Shown: piece after piece, positions 26,855 to 36,320 of the stretch
Numbering within the stretch: the first letter of the stretch is position 1
How the letters are laid out: each line of letters starts with the position of its first letter
IMG/VR virus record: IMGVR_UViG_3300045256_000050
Location: 180,987 to 244,986 of that record
Direction: 5' to 3' (one strand)
Length of the DNA stretch: 64,000 nucleotides
The notes under the pieces: model-generated
What the model was told of the DNA's origin: nothing
Seen by the model: the letters and a program-made list of their open reading frames with translations, nothing else
Database searches by the model: none
Made by a program: the position numbers and the translations under genes

Positions 26855-27621
26855 GGTTCTCCCATCTTGTACCAAGTTGGCATTTCGTACTTCGGCGATC
26901 CTTCACTAAAGCCAACGATCCCGAAGCGGTTGTGCATGTCGCCAATCGGAATTTTGGCCGGGTAGTTGTCTTTGATGTTGCCGCCGAACAGCTTCCGGTC
27001 GCCAAACTTCATGATGTGGTTGATCCCAGGCATCGCATCCGAAAGCTGTTTCTTGTCGTAGATTTGGTAGGGGTTGACCCGTTCTTCAAGGATGTCCTCG
27101 ACGGTCTTCCGCCACGGCGTTCCCCGCTGGTGCATCAGCCCGGTGCGGAGGAGCAGCGTGTACATCGAGATCAGCGGGGCGGATTGCATCCACCGCTTGC
27201 TGCCCTGGAACAGCCAGATACCGGCCTTCCGGTAGATGGCCGGGGCGTCCAACCCCTCGAACACTTCCGTCTTCTTCATCTTCAGTGAAGTCTCGACTTG
27301 GTTGATGAACTCCACCGCCGCCGGGATTTTGGTTCTAAACGTCTTGTCCTTGTAATTGGATAAGATGATCCTCGTCGTGTCCATGCACAACGGAAGGTCG
27401 TTGATCGGCGAATAGATAAAGTTGTAGATTTCGACGTACTTGTTGTTCAACAAGGCGTAGATGGCGTCCTGCAAGAAGTCCTTGCAGTAGACCATCTGGT
27501 GAATCTGTTTGTTATCCTTCGTGACGAAGGCGTATTCAAGACCCTCGGAATACACCTGGGAAATGCGGGACTTCTTCGGCTTCCACTCGATCTTGATCTT
27601 ACGGATTTGGCCCTCTGGCAT
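26806..27621 (-). CDS. Hypothetical protein co-transcribed with the amidoligase
   Basis: 271-aa ORF, GAGGT SD. Confidence 0.65.
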   Translation of the reverse strand: MPEGQIRKIKIEWKPKKSRISQVYSEGLEYAFVTKDNKQIHQMVYCKDFLQDAIYALLNNKYVEIYNFIYSPINDLPLCMDTTRIILSNYKDKTFRTKIPAAVEFINQVETSLKMKKTEVFEGLDAPAIYRKAGIWLFQGSKRWMQSAPLISMYTLLLRTGLMHQRGTPWRKTVEDILEERVNPYQIYDKKQLSDAMPGINHIMKFGDRKLFGGNIKDNYPAKIPIGDMHNRFGIVGFSEGSPKYEMPTWYKMGEPCQSKPTALTLSSCCC

Positions 27622-27676
27622 CGTTACCTCTTGGGAAATCTTACTTAACTACAATAGAAGCGTCAAGGTGATTTGA

Positions 27677-28522
27677 ATGACAATAATTCCATCCGACTTG
27701 TCCCTGGTGTACTCCGGCGGCACGAACAACAACGACCCGAACGCCTCCCTGGGAGGCGAGCCGTCGTCGTTCCGTGTGGCGACGAACGTCATCAACAACC
27801 TGTTCGACGACGTGCAGCCGGAGGAGTCCACCGAGGGGGCCGAGGACTACCGCTGCGTGTACCTGTTCAACGACTCCGGGGAGACGTGTTACGACATCAC
27901 CCTTTGGATCGCCGAGGAGCAGGCTGGCGGCTCGACCATCGAAGTCGGGATCAACGGCACCGACGAGTTCCAGCGGCTCATCGTATCCGGCGGTTCTGTA
28001 ACAGGCGGGTCCGTTCGCCTCTCGTTTGCCGGGGTTGAATTTGATTCAAACTACAACCCGGACCTTGCCGTCTGGGCCACCGCTTTGCAAACTAGCCTCC
28101 GGGCCGTCGAAGTGGACGGGGCGACTGTACTGAGTGATGTCACCGTGACCGCTCAGAACTCTGGCGGTGGTACGACCATTTTCGACATCGGGTTCGGTGG
28201 CGAGGACGGCAAGCGTGCCCAGCCCCAGATCATTGTCGTCAGTAACGACCTAGAACCGCTCGGGACGATTGAGGCCACGGTCACAACCCTCCAGGGCGGC
28301 TCGCCGGTCAACACCGTGGCCCCGCAGATTGAAGTAGAGGGCAGCCAACCGCCAGACGTGGGGTTCTTCGTACCGACCCAAATCTCTCCCATTACGATTC
28401 CGAGACTTGACCCGAACGACGGGTTTCCGTTATGGTTTAAGAGAGTAACACCGGCGGGCACGGCTGCCCTCGCCAACGATTTCATCACCTTGAGAATTAG
28501 GGTAACATCCTTTGGCTCCTGA
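27677..28522 (+). CDS. Phage virion structural protein
   Basis: LVYSGG...NASLGG, NNLFDDV...EDYRCVY, LWFKR pattern; TAACTA upstream at 27646. Confidence 0.65.
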   Translation: MTIIPSDLSLVYSGGTNNNDPNASLGGEPSSFRVATNVINNLFDDVQPEESTEGAEDYRCVYLFNDSGETCYDITLWIAEEQAGGSTIEVGINGTDEFQRLIVSGGSVTGGSVRLSFAGVEFDSNYNPDLAVWATALQTSLRAVEVDGATVLSDVTVTAQNSGGGTTIFDIGFGGEDGKRAQPQIIVVSNDLEPLGTIEATVTTLQGGSPVNTVAPQIEVEGSQPPDVGFFVPTQISPITIPRLDPNDGFPLWFKRVTPAGTAALANDFITLRIRVTSFGS

Positions 28523-29282
28523 TAACATTCCTCTCTGCCCGATGACTGGAAAGCCGTGTTTCCATCAGAAAACACTGCAAGTCACCGAAGTGAAAGATAA
28601 CCAGTCCCAGGTGGTACACAACATGTGCCAGGGGTGTGCCCCGACGTACATGCAACTGTCCCAGATCGGCCAAGAGCCGATGCTGTTCTCTCCCCAAGCC
28701 CCGGTCGAACAACCGCCTCCTCCGCAAAAGAAGCAGGTGGTGGTGAAGGACAACGACAAGCCCACGTCCGTCCCGGTCAAGAAGGGGAAGAAGAACCCGA
28801 AGTACATCGAGACGGCCGAGGAGTTGTTCGAACTCTTCATGATGAAGCCGAAGAAGAAGGAAGTGGCGTGCCCGAGTTGCGGCATGACCCCGACCGACTT
28901 CCAGAAGAAGGGCAAGATGGGCTGCCCGGAGTGCTACAACTTCTACAAGGACGACGTTCCCGACGTGCTGGCCGGGTGCCAGGAGGGCGGGACGAAGCAC
29001 GTCGGGAAGAAGCCGAAGATGCCCGTCGGCAACCCGGTCGAAGTCCTCAAGATGTTGAAGCTGAAGAAGGCTCACGCCATCGAACAGCAGAAGTACGAGG
29101 AAGCCGCCGAACTGAAGAAGCAGATCGCCGCCATCGAAGAGAAACTGCCGAAGGAGAACACCGATGAGACTCAGGAAGATAATCAGCGGGGGACAGACGG
29201 GGGCGGACCAGGGGGGACTGTGGGCGGGACGGATCACGGGGATGGAGACGGGCGGGACGGCCCCGAAGGGGTGGATGACTGA
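28512..29282 (+). CDS. mcsA: McsA-like protein (CxxC motifs + UvrB/C domain)
   Basis: CPSCGMT..DF.K.GKMGCPECY, KHVGKKP, AIEQQKYEEAAELKKQI. Confidence 0.8.
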   Translation: MAPDNIPLCPMTGKPCFHQKTLQVTEVKDNQSQVVHNMCQGCAPTYMQLSQIGQEPMLFSPQAPVEQPPPPQKKQVVVKDNDKPTSVPVKKGKKNPKYIETAEELFELFMMKPKKKEVACPSCGMTPTDFQKKGKMGCPECYNFYKDDVPDVLAGCQEGGTKHVGKKPKMPVGNPVEVLKMLKLKKAHAIEQQKYEEAAELKKQIAAIEEKLPKENTDETQEDNQRGTDGGGPGGTVGGTDHGDGDGRDGPEGVDD

Positions 29283-29736
29283 AGACGGGCCGCAGAAGGA
29301 ACTCCTCCAGTCGTTCGGCCTTGTTGAACACCCGGTCCCCGGCTACCCGCCGAGGACGGAGAAGAACGTTACCGACGGCACGGCCACCATCCGCTTCGCA
29401 GTTGACTTCGGCACGGCGGGCGAGCGATGCACGCTGAACTTCTGCAAGAAGCACGACCGGCATGTACTGAGTATCAACGTCCTCGAACCCGAGCCGGTTG
29501 AGGAAGTCGTCGAGTGGCTGGAGCGCCACGACGTAGAAGTCCTCAACGTGGCGGGGAACCGGGAAAAGACCTGCCCTGGGTTGTGTAAGTTTGTCGCCGG
29601 GTATCTGGCGACGGTCATCTGGAAAATGAAAGGGATCGAGAAAGGCTTCTCGATCCCCGAATTGACTGCTCACATCAAGGCGTTAGCCGAAGGCCCGTCC
29701 GTTACTGAATCCCATTCTTCTCCTGAGACTCCATGA
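29164..29736 (+). CDS. SLOG-family nucleotide-binding protein (MoCo-carrier/cpYpsA-like)
   Basis: KIISGGQTGADQGGL, GGTAPKGW, RTEKNV, LNVAGNRE. Confidence 0.85.
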   Translation: MRLRKIISGGQTGADQGGLWAGRITGMETGGTAPKGWMTEDGPQKELLQSFGLVEHPVPGYPPRTEKNVTDGTATIRFAVDFGTAGERCTLNFCKKHDRHVLSINVLEPEPVEEVVEWLERHDVEVLNVAGNREKTCPGLCKFVAGYLATVIWKMKGIEKGFSIPELTAHIKALAEGPSVTESHSSPETP

Positions 29737-30679
29737 ACTTCCGTGGGTCGATGATCCCGAACCCGTAGTAGAACTTCGGGTCTTGGTAGTTCCCGTTCAC
29801 GACCGGAGTCGTATATTGGCGGAACAGCGTCCGATAATCTTCGGCCGTGTCCAGCTTCAACGTGTTCCCGTGAGCCTTATTGTAACTCTTCACCAGGGCG
29901 GCTACGCCGCAGGCGAACGGGCCAGCCATGCTGGTGCCCGAGAGCTTGGCGTACCAGTCGTCCGGCACGGTGGACAGGATGTCCACGCCCGGTGCCATGA
30001 AGTCCAACCGATTGCCGGTGTTACTGAACTTCGCCCGGCGCATCGACTCGTCGATGGCCCCGATGCTGATGCACTCGGGGTATGCAGCCGGGTAGAACAC
30101 TTCCTTCGTGTTACCGGCGTTGCCCGCTGCGACGAAGGCGATGCAGCCCTTCGAGGCGGCGTAGTCGATGGCATCCCGGACCTGTTGTACAGGAACCGGA
30201 GCGCCCAGCGACATCTGGATGAAGTCGCAGCCGTCGTCGGCAGCCTTGCGGACTGCGGCGGCTACGTTCTTCAAGTTGCCGTTGCCCTTGTCGTCTAGGG
30301 CTTTGTACGGCCGGACCTTCGCACCGGGGCACACGCCCACCACGCCGATGTCGTTGTTCTCGGCCACCAGGATGCCGGTGACGTGCGTGCCGTGGCCGTT
30401 CCCGTCCATCGGGTCGTTGCTGTTCTTGACGAAGTTCCAGCCCGGTAGCAGGTTGTCTACCAAGTCCGGGTGGTCGGTGTCGCAGCCGGTGTCGATGACG
30501 CCGATGACGACGCCCTCGCCCTGGCTGAACTTCCAGGCGTCGGGCAGGTTGAATGCACTGATGTGCCAACCCGACTGTTGTGTTACTTCTTGGATCGAGA
30601 AGACATCTTCCCGCTCGTAGGGGAACAACGAGCAAACGATGTCGCAGTCCCCGACTGTTCTTTTGAAACGCTTAGCCAT
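29702..30679 (-). CDS. Subtilisin-like S8 serine protease, no signal peptide
   Basis: VIDTG (Asp), GHGTHVTG (His), AAGN, SGTSMA (Ser); GAGGAGG SD; TAGATA upstream. Confidence 0.95.
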   Translation of the reverse strand: MAKRFKRTVGDCDIVCSLFPYEREDVFSIQEVTQQSGWHISAFNLPDAWKFSQGEGVVIGVIDTGCDTDHPDLVDNLLPGWNFVKNSNDPMDGNGHGTHVTGILVAENNDIGVVGVCPGAKVRPYKALDDKGNGNLKNVAAAVRKAADDGCDFIQMSLGAPVPVQQVRDAIDYAASKGCIAFVAAGNAGNTKEVFYPAAYPECISIGAIDESMRRAKFSNTGNRLDFMAPGVDILSTVPDDWYAKLSGTSMAGPFACGVAALVKSYNKAHGNTLKLDTAEDYRTLFRQYTTPVVNGNYQDPKFYYGFGIIDPRKFMESQEKNGIQ

Positions 30680-30726
30680 AGTCTTCCTCCTCACGTTAGA
30701 CTTGTCCAGCGTGTTATCTATGGCTA

Positions 30727-31857
30727 TTAACGTAGGCCCAGAGCCTCCTCGAACGAATCGGCGGCGTCCAGGTCGTAATAGACGTGGAAGGTGCGGTTAG
30801 AAACCAGGGCTTCGTCAGTGACGATACGGTCCAGTCCGACCCCTTCCAGTTCCTCCGGCTTGTCTGTGAAGAAGATGACCGACGTGTCCTTCGACTTGAG
30901 GCGGGAGGCCGCTTCCCCGGCCAAACGCACCCGGTCGTTGAGCTTCTTTACTAAGATGCGTTTCGGCCGGGTGCCGGTGAGCTTGCCGCTGGCGATCCAC
31001 TTGTTGTAGTATCTGGTCAGGTCGATGCCGTCGCACAGGCGGTAGGGCTTGCACACCGTCACGATGGCCTCCGGGTTGATGGCGATGTCCCGATTGGTGG
31101 TGTAGTCGGACAGCATGCCGCCCACGGTTTCATAACTCGTGTCCAGCCGATTCAAGTCCTCGGTGCGGAGGGTCAGGCCGTTCCAGTCCACCAGGGTGTG
31201 TTGACTCAGTGAACGGTACTCGCCGGGAAGGTTACGGATATCGTGCGGCTTGGGCATGAGCATGCCGTTCCAGAACTCCCGCCCGATGTGGACGAACTTG
31301 TTGTTGTGCCAGTCCACCCCGGCCGAGTAGACGCACTGGTCGAACACCCGGTCACGCCAGACGAGGAGCGGGGCGGACGGCTGCTTCTTCATCAACGCCA
31401 CGAGCCAATACTGGTCCGGGAGGGCTTCCGGGTGGAGGAAGGAGACGAGTTCGCTGGCGACGTTGGAGGCGACGGAGCGGATGTTCGAGCCGAAGTGGGT
31501 GATCTTGAAGATACGACCGACGGGCTTCTTGGGCTTCCGTCGCTCCCAGGTCTTCAGGACTTGGATGGCTACTTCGTCGCTAGTGACGAGGTAGTGGACG
31601 GCCACGCTGGGCTTGGGGCGTACCGGGGTCATGTCGATGGATTTCGACACGGCGGGGTTGAATTCAGTAACGGGAACGATGACGGAAATGTCACACCCGC
31701 CGCTGTGTGTAAACCAAGCCGGAGTAGGATACTCCTGGCAGGGTAAATCAACAGCGGCGGGTGTACTGAGGAGTTTGTCCAGACCCATGTCTGGTTGGCT
31801 TCTACGGTCTACCTTGAGGGCTTTCTGGGGTTGGGATCGGGTGACAGGCTTACGCAT
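30727..31857 (-). CDS. Degenerate glycosyltransferase-like protein
   Basis: DISVIVPV start of a GT-A-like domain, FLHPEA, YSAGVDW; weak similarity only. Confidence 0.45.
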   Translation of the reverse strand: MRKPVTRSQPQKALKVDRRSQPDMGLDKLLSTPAAVDLPCQEYPTPAWFTHSGGCDISVIVPVTEFNPAVSKSIDMTPVRPKPSVAVHYLVTSDEVAIQVLKTWERRKPKKPVGRIFKITHFGSNIRSVASNVASELVSFLHPEALPDQYWLVALMKKQPSAPLLVWRDRVFDQCVYSAGVDWHNNKFVHIGREFWNGMLMPKPHDIRNLPGEYRSLSQHTLVDWNGLTLRTEDLNRLDTSYETVGGMLSDYTTNRDIAINPEAIVTVCKPYRLCDGIDLTRYYNKWIASGKLTGTRPKRILVKKLNDRVRLAGEAASRLKSKDTSVIFFTDKPEELEGVGLDRIVTDEALVSNRTFHVYYDLDAADSFEEALGLR

Positions 31858-31863
31858 GCCATA

Positions 31864-32070
31864 TTAGATCAACCCCGTCTTGCTTCTTTCCTGCTTGTGA
31901 GTCAGTTTCTTGCGTAGCTTCGGGCTGAACCGCATGTTGCCGAAATACTTGTTGGCCGTGAAGTCGTCGCCCACGCCGCAGGCGGCACACGGGGCAGCCT
32001 GCGCCATCATGGCGTTCTCACGGAGGTTTTGTTGCAGAACCTTGTTTCTGTATGTGTTGAAGTCTTCCAT
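31864..32070 (-). CDS. Small protein, CTS-like N-terminus
   Basis: MEDFNTYRNKVLQQNLREN. Confidence 0.55.
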   Translation of the reverse strand: MEDFNTYRNKVLQQNLRENAMMAQAAPCAACGVGDDFTANKYFGNMRFSPKLRKKLTHKQERSKTGLI

Positions 32071-32447
32071 TATCGCCCCTTCTTTCCAAATGGACCCATG
32101 TTAGCCGTCGTGACCGCTCCGGTATCCCCGGTCGGAAGCATTTCCTGCTTTTCTTCGTTCTCCCCGTCCGGGGTCTTGTTGTGACGGTCCAGATCGCTCT
32201 GTGCGGCCCGAATCTTCTTCGGCCACGATGTCACCTGCTCCCGCCGCACCCCGAGGAGTTCGGCGAGGCCGTCGCTGTTGGCACACAACTGGATGAAGTC
32301 GTCCCAAAAGGACGGACCTTCATCCCCACGGAGGTTGTCCCCGGCACGGACCGCCTGGACAGCCTTTGTTTCCAAACCGCTGTCCATAAGGGGCGATCCT
32401 GCCGCCTCTTTATCGAGTTGTTCCCATAGCTGACAGAAAGAAACCAT
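32070..32447 (-). CDS. Hypothetical protein, CTS-like N-terminus
   Basis: MVSFCQLWEQLDKE; acidic. Confidence 0.6.
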   Translation of the reverse strand: MVSFCQLWEQLDKEAAGSPLMDSGLETKAVQAVRAGDNLRGDEGPSFWDDFIQLCANSDGLAELLGVRREQVTSWPKKIRAAQSDLDRHNKTPDGENEEKQEMLPTGDTGAVTTANMGPFGKKGR

Positions 32448-32451
32448 TATG

Positions 32452-32754
32452 TTACTCGGAAGCGTAGGTTTCCTCGACGATGGTCAGGTAGCCCAGCTTG
32501 GTGACGTATTCCGCCTTCAAGTGGTGGGCACGCAGACCGTAAGCCGTGAACTGGCCGCTCTGCTTTAGCTTAACGTTCTCGGCTGCCGTCAGACCCGGAA
32601 GCCATACGGACTTCAGGTTGTCGTGTGCGGCGGCTTGCGTAACTGCCAAGTCCTGATCCGTCTGGTGACGGTCCGGGTGCAGAAGGGTGATCTTGTCGGC
32701 CGGTACATTCACGGCGAACGTGATGATCGGGTGTTTGATGTTGGCACTGCCCAT
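32452..32754 (-). CDS. Hypothetical (late) protein
   Basis: AGGAGG SD; TAAATA at 32777-32782 on the minus strand. Confidence 0.65.
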   Translation of the reverse strand: MGSANIKHPIITFAVNVPADKITLLHPDRHQTDQDLAVTQAAAHDNLKSVWLPGLTAAENVKLKQSGQFTAYGLRAHHLKAEYVTKLGYLTIVEETYASE

Positions 32755-32802
32755 GAGTATTCCTCCTAAGATACGTTATTTATCCTCAACCGGCTCAATC
32801 TT

Positions 32803-33528
32803 CTAAGTGTATACCGCAGGTCTTTCGATTGGTTTTTCCATATCGTCCTGCACCGGGCTGGGAATCGCTTCGATCTTTTTCCACCGTCTCTTCTTCTTGC
32901 CGATGAAGTCAGCCGTTTTGATGTGCTGCTTCTGCTGGTTCTCTTCAGTCTCGTCCGGCCCCAGGAGGCGGCTCGGGATGCCCATCTTGTCGTTGGCGAA
33001 GTTCCGGGTGCCCGGCCCGAACACCTGATACGGCGTGATGTTCTCGTTGTGAACCCACGGCTCGTCGAAGTTGTCCGGCAGGGTCGGGTACTTCGGCTTG
33101 AACTCCCCGAACAACTGGTTCAACTTCTCCTTCATGTCGAGCAGGTGGTTGCAGACCGTCAGTTTGTTAATGTGGCGACTGTGGTTGCCGTAGCCCCGGA
33201 GTTCCAGGTCGGCGTCCGTGTCGATGGTCAGGTTCGGGCGGTTGTCCGGCCGGTGCTTCCAGCCCTCGCCGTGGGCGGCGGGCATCGTCTCTGAGTGGAC
33301 GGCGGTGAATTTCGTCTTCAGTACGCTGTCCAGGTCGAGGTTGTGGAACTTACGGCCCTCGTCCCGCTCCCGGTCCCACCGGCTCTGGAGGAATTTGAAG
33401 TCGGCCGGGTGTGGCTGTGCGTATGCCCAATCGAAAGCGTCCGACGGCAGCAGCATGTTGCCGTAAAACCAGTCGCTACCGGCGTCGGAGAACCCGTCTT
33501 CGAGTAAGAGCCATTCCTTGAAACCCAT
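32803..33528 (-). CDS. Putative internal virion protein (CTS-like N-terminus)
   Basis: MGFKEWLLLED; TAGATA 5 nt before ATG. Confidence 0.7.
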   Translation of the reverse strand: MGFKEWLLLEDGFSDAGSDWFYGNMLLPSDAFDWAYAQPHPADFKFLQSRWDRERDEGRKFHNLDLDSVLKTKFTAVHSETMPAAHGEGWKHRPDNRPNLTIDTDADLELRGYGNHSRHINKLTVCNHLLDMKEKLNQLFGEFKPKYPTLPDNFDEPWVHNENITPYQVFGPGTRNFANDKMGIPSRLLGPDETEENQQKQHIKTADFIGKKKRRWKKIEAIPSPVQDDMEKPIERPAVYT

Positions 33529-33541
33529 GAGGGTATCTACG

Positions 33542-34354
33542 TTAGTAGTTCATCCAAATGCACTCGATCCGGCGAGCTTTTTTCTTCCCCTGGCCCGAAT
33601 GGTTCGCCATGTCCTTCTTGGACATCCGCCACCCCTTGAAGAACTTGTTGTACAACGGGGACGGGTAGCCGCTGACGATCACCTTCGCCCGTGCGTCCTT
33701 CACCAAGTTCAACAAGTCCAGGTGGTCTTCCTCGGACATCTCGAAGTCGTAGGCGGACGTGGCGGTGCGGGTTTCCGGCAGGTACGGCGGGTCGATGTAG
33801 ATCAGGACGCCCTCCTCGTTCCACATCTTGATGGCCTTACGGAAGTCGGCGTGCAGGATGGAGACGTTCTTGATCCGCTCGGCCAACATCGGCAGGTGCT
33901 TAATCATCGTCTCCCAGGCGTTCACGTCGCCGGGCTTCCCGCCCCGCATTCGGTCGCTCCAGGCGAAGGCTTTCTTCAGCCCGCCCCGGCTCATCCGACG
34001 AAGGGTGTATTCATTAACAGCTTGATCTACATAGTCGTCAAACTTGTGTTCGGCCTTCTCCAGAGCCTTCTCGAACGACGCCTCGCTGTACTTGATCTTC
34101 TTGAGCCGGTCGATGAACTCCTGTGGCTCGTCCCGGACCGCCTTGAAGATGCACAGGAGGTTCTTGTCGATGTCTGAGATCACTTCTTCGCTGGCCGACT
34201 CCTTGTTGAACAGCACGCTCGCCGCCCCGCAACAGGGTTCGAGGTACTTGAGTTCGGTGTAGTTCTTGGGGAAGTGTTCGATAACCCACGAACTGAGATA
34301 AGCTTTGCCTCCGTGCAGCTTCACAATCGGTCTGAGTTTATTCTTGTTCGTCAT
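33542..34354 (-). CDS. dam: DNA adenine methyltransferase (Dam/D12 class)
   Basis: GGKAYL, YLEPCCGAASV, ISDID, YIDPPY, VIVSGY. Confidence 0.92.
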   Translation of the reverse strand: MTNKNKLRPIVKLHGGKAYLSSWVIEHFPKNYTELKYLEPCCGAASVLFNKESASEEVISDIDKNLLCIFKAVRDEPQEFIDRLKKIKYSEASFEKALEKAEHKFDDYVDQAVNEYTLRRMSRGGLKKAFAWSDRMRGGKPGDVNAWETMIKHLPMLAERIKNVSILHADFRKAIKMWNEEGVLIYIDPPYLPETRTATSAYDFEMSEEDHLDLLNLVKDARAKVIVSGYPSPLYNKFFKGWRMSKKDMANHSGQGKKKARRIECIWMNY

Positions 34355-34565
34355 GTTCCTCTTGAGGGCTGTGGAGAACTTTCCGACAGCTATGGCATAG
34401 ATACTGGTAGGGACCGTAGCCCTGCTCGGACCCTTCGTAGAACCAACCGGCGTCCGGGTAATGCTGATCGTGGCATTCCACGCACAGGCACCGGATCACA
34501 CGGTCTTCTTCGTTCACAACTTCCATGTCCATATCCACGAAGAAGTAACAATCCAAATCGTTCAT
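34338..34565 (-). CDS. Small Zn-finger-like protein
   Basis: CLCVEC...CHSC; AGGAG SD before ATG 34565. Confidence 0.55.
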   Translation of the reverse strand: MNDLDCYFFVDMDMEVVNEEDRVIRCLCVECHDQHYPDAGWFYEGSEQGYGPYQYLCHSCRKVLHSPQEEHDEQE

Positions 34566-34619
34566 CTTGACTCCTTGACTACCTATATTAGTCAGATTCT
34601 TACTAAATGAGAGGCCGAT

Positions 34620-35006
34620 ATGCCCCAACGATCCCGCTGTTCCGTCTTTGAAAGACTGTCCAAAAAGACCCTTCTGGCCCTGGTCAAAGCCCCGTCCGTC
34701 ATCCCCGTCACCGTCGGGGAGCGGGTCCAGTACACCGACGCCAACGGGCGGACCGGCCGCTACCGGGTTGCGGCCGTCGGGTCGGGCGGGATCACACTGG
34801 AGGTTAACGGGGATTTGCTGGTCGTGCAGCGGTCACAGATTAAGACCAACGACCCGCCGTTCCTGTTGGACAACATCCCCGAGGAGAACTGGCACATCAC
34901 GAGCTTTGATTCGAAGACGAGAGTTGCTTGCGTTACCATTCAAGACGAAGCGGGCACCAGAACTCTGTCGATCACGGTGCCCGCAGTTAGACCTACCAAT
35001 CCTTAA
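34620..35006 (+). CDS. Hypothetical protein
   Basis: ORF with GAGAGG SD. Confidence 0.55.
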   Translation: MPQRSRCSVFERLSKKTLLALVKAPSVIPVTVGERVQYTDANGRTGRYRVAAVGSGGITLEVNGDLLVVQRSQIKTNDPPFLLDNIPEENWHITSFDSKTRVACVTIQDEAGTRTLSITVPAVRPTNP

Positions 35007-35038
35007 CCAGTAAACTACTGGAGAATGACGATGCCCGG

Positions 35039-35743
35039 TCAGCAGTTGCCCGGCGGCTGCTGGCGGCGGAACGGCTGACGCCGGTCCGGTTGGGTGGGCT
35101 GCGTCGGTTGCGTCGGCGGTTGAGGTTGGGTCGGCTGTGCCTTCGGCTGGTTGTACAGACTCGGGTTGTTCAGCCAGTTCACGAACGTCCGTGCGTCCAT
35201 GTACTTGCCCTCAAACTTCAGCTTCTCTTCTTTGCTGTTCGTGATGAGGAAGCTCGGCAGGCCGGTCACGCCGAACTTGCGAACGGCGTTCTTCTCCTGA
35301 TCTGCGTCGATCATCGTGAACAGGTAGTTCTGGCAGGCTGCCTTGACACTCGGGTCAACCAGCACTTCCTTCTTGAACTTCGTACACCAGTTACACCAGG
35401 ATGCGGTGAACATCACCAGCACCGGCTTGCCTTCCTCGGCGGACTTCTTGATCGCCTCGTTGTACCCCATCAGGGTGATCTCAGCGGGCGGCGTCGGTGC
35501 CGGAGGTTGGACTTCTGGCTTGACCCGAACACCGTTCGGGCCAATGGGTTTCGATACGTCCGGGCGGGAGCCGTCGTCGAACGTCGGACCCGTCGGGTTG
35601 CTCCAGTCGTTGCTCCACTGCCAGTTGGTAGACGGGGCAGATGGGCGAACGCCCGGTAGCGCAATGTGGTTCTTCTTCGCATACCAGACTAAGCCGGTAA
35701 GGATAGCCATGACAACCATCATGGCCCCAAGAATCTTTTTCAT
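35039..35743 (-). CDS. Membrane-anchored thioredoxin-family protein
   Basis: N-terminal TM, FTASWCNWC active site, GVTGLPS cis-Pro; Pro/Gln-rich tails. Confidence 0.88.
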   Translation of the reverse strand: MKKILGAMMVVMAILTGLVWYAKKNHIALPGVRPSAPSTNWQWSNDWSNPTGPTFDDGSRPDVSKPIGPNGVRVKPEVQPPAPTPPAEITLMGYNEAIKKSAEEGKPVLVMFTASWCNWCTKFKKEVLVDPSVKAACQNYLFTMIDADQEKNAVRKFGVTGLPSFLITNSKEEKLKFEGKYMDARTFVNWLNNPSLYNQPKAQPTQPQPPTQPTQPTQPDRRQPFRRQQPPGNC

Positions 35744-35784
35744 AAGGTGCCTCCTCCTCCCGAGAAAAGACACCTTATCTATGC

Positions 35785-36282
35785 TTATCTACCGGCAATC
35801 TTCCCGAACACCTGGGTGTAGTACGGTTCGCCCTCTTCGTTAAGGGAGCAAGCCACCCCAATATGCGTGTAATTCCCGAGGATATTGCGGCGGTGGCCGC
35901 TGGAGTTCATCCACCCCTCGACGACGGCGGACGGCGGGTAATTCCAGGCGATGTTCTCGGCGATGCCGCTCCACGGGAAGCCAGTCTTGTTGACACGTTC
36001 CGTGACGGTACGCTCGCCGGGCACGTTCAGTTCGTGCGACAGCTTGCTCAGCCGGGCCATGTTGAACGACTGGATACCAGCCGCTTCCATCAGACGTGGG
36101 TCGATCTCAAGCGGTGGGAGGCCGTGGTGTGCCCGGTTCTGGTTGGTTTCACTGACGCAAGCCTCCACACTGAAGGCGGCGTTAGTCGTAACCTTGTTTT
36201 CTTTGCTTTTGCAGCCGGGGAGGACGGCCAGTGAAGTTCCCGCTGCGATCACAGCGAGAACGAGGAAGAGTTTCTTCATCAT
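35785..36282 (-). CDS. CAP/SCP-domain lipoprotein
   Basis: Lipobox-like LPGC; NQNRAHHGLPPL, AENIA, WMNSSGHRRNIL. Confidence 0.92.
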   Translation of the reverse strand: MMKKLFLVLAVIAAGTSLAVLPGCKSKENKVTTNAAFSVEACVSETNQNRAHHGLPPLEIDPRLMEAAGIQSFNMARLSKLSHELNVPGERTVTERVNKTGFPWSGIAENIAWNYPPSAVVEGWMNSSGHRRNILGNYTHIGVACSLNEEGEPYYTQVFGKIAGR

Positions 36283-36320
36283 AGAGATACCTCTTGCTAG
36301 AGTCGAGGTATCTACGCTTG

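Noticed and set aside
28497-29282. Gly-rich C-terminal tail of McsA and 60-120-nt gene overlaps as dual-coding regions
   Set aside because: The tails are low-information read-through into neighbouring genes, which is common in compact phage genomes.
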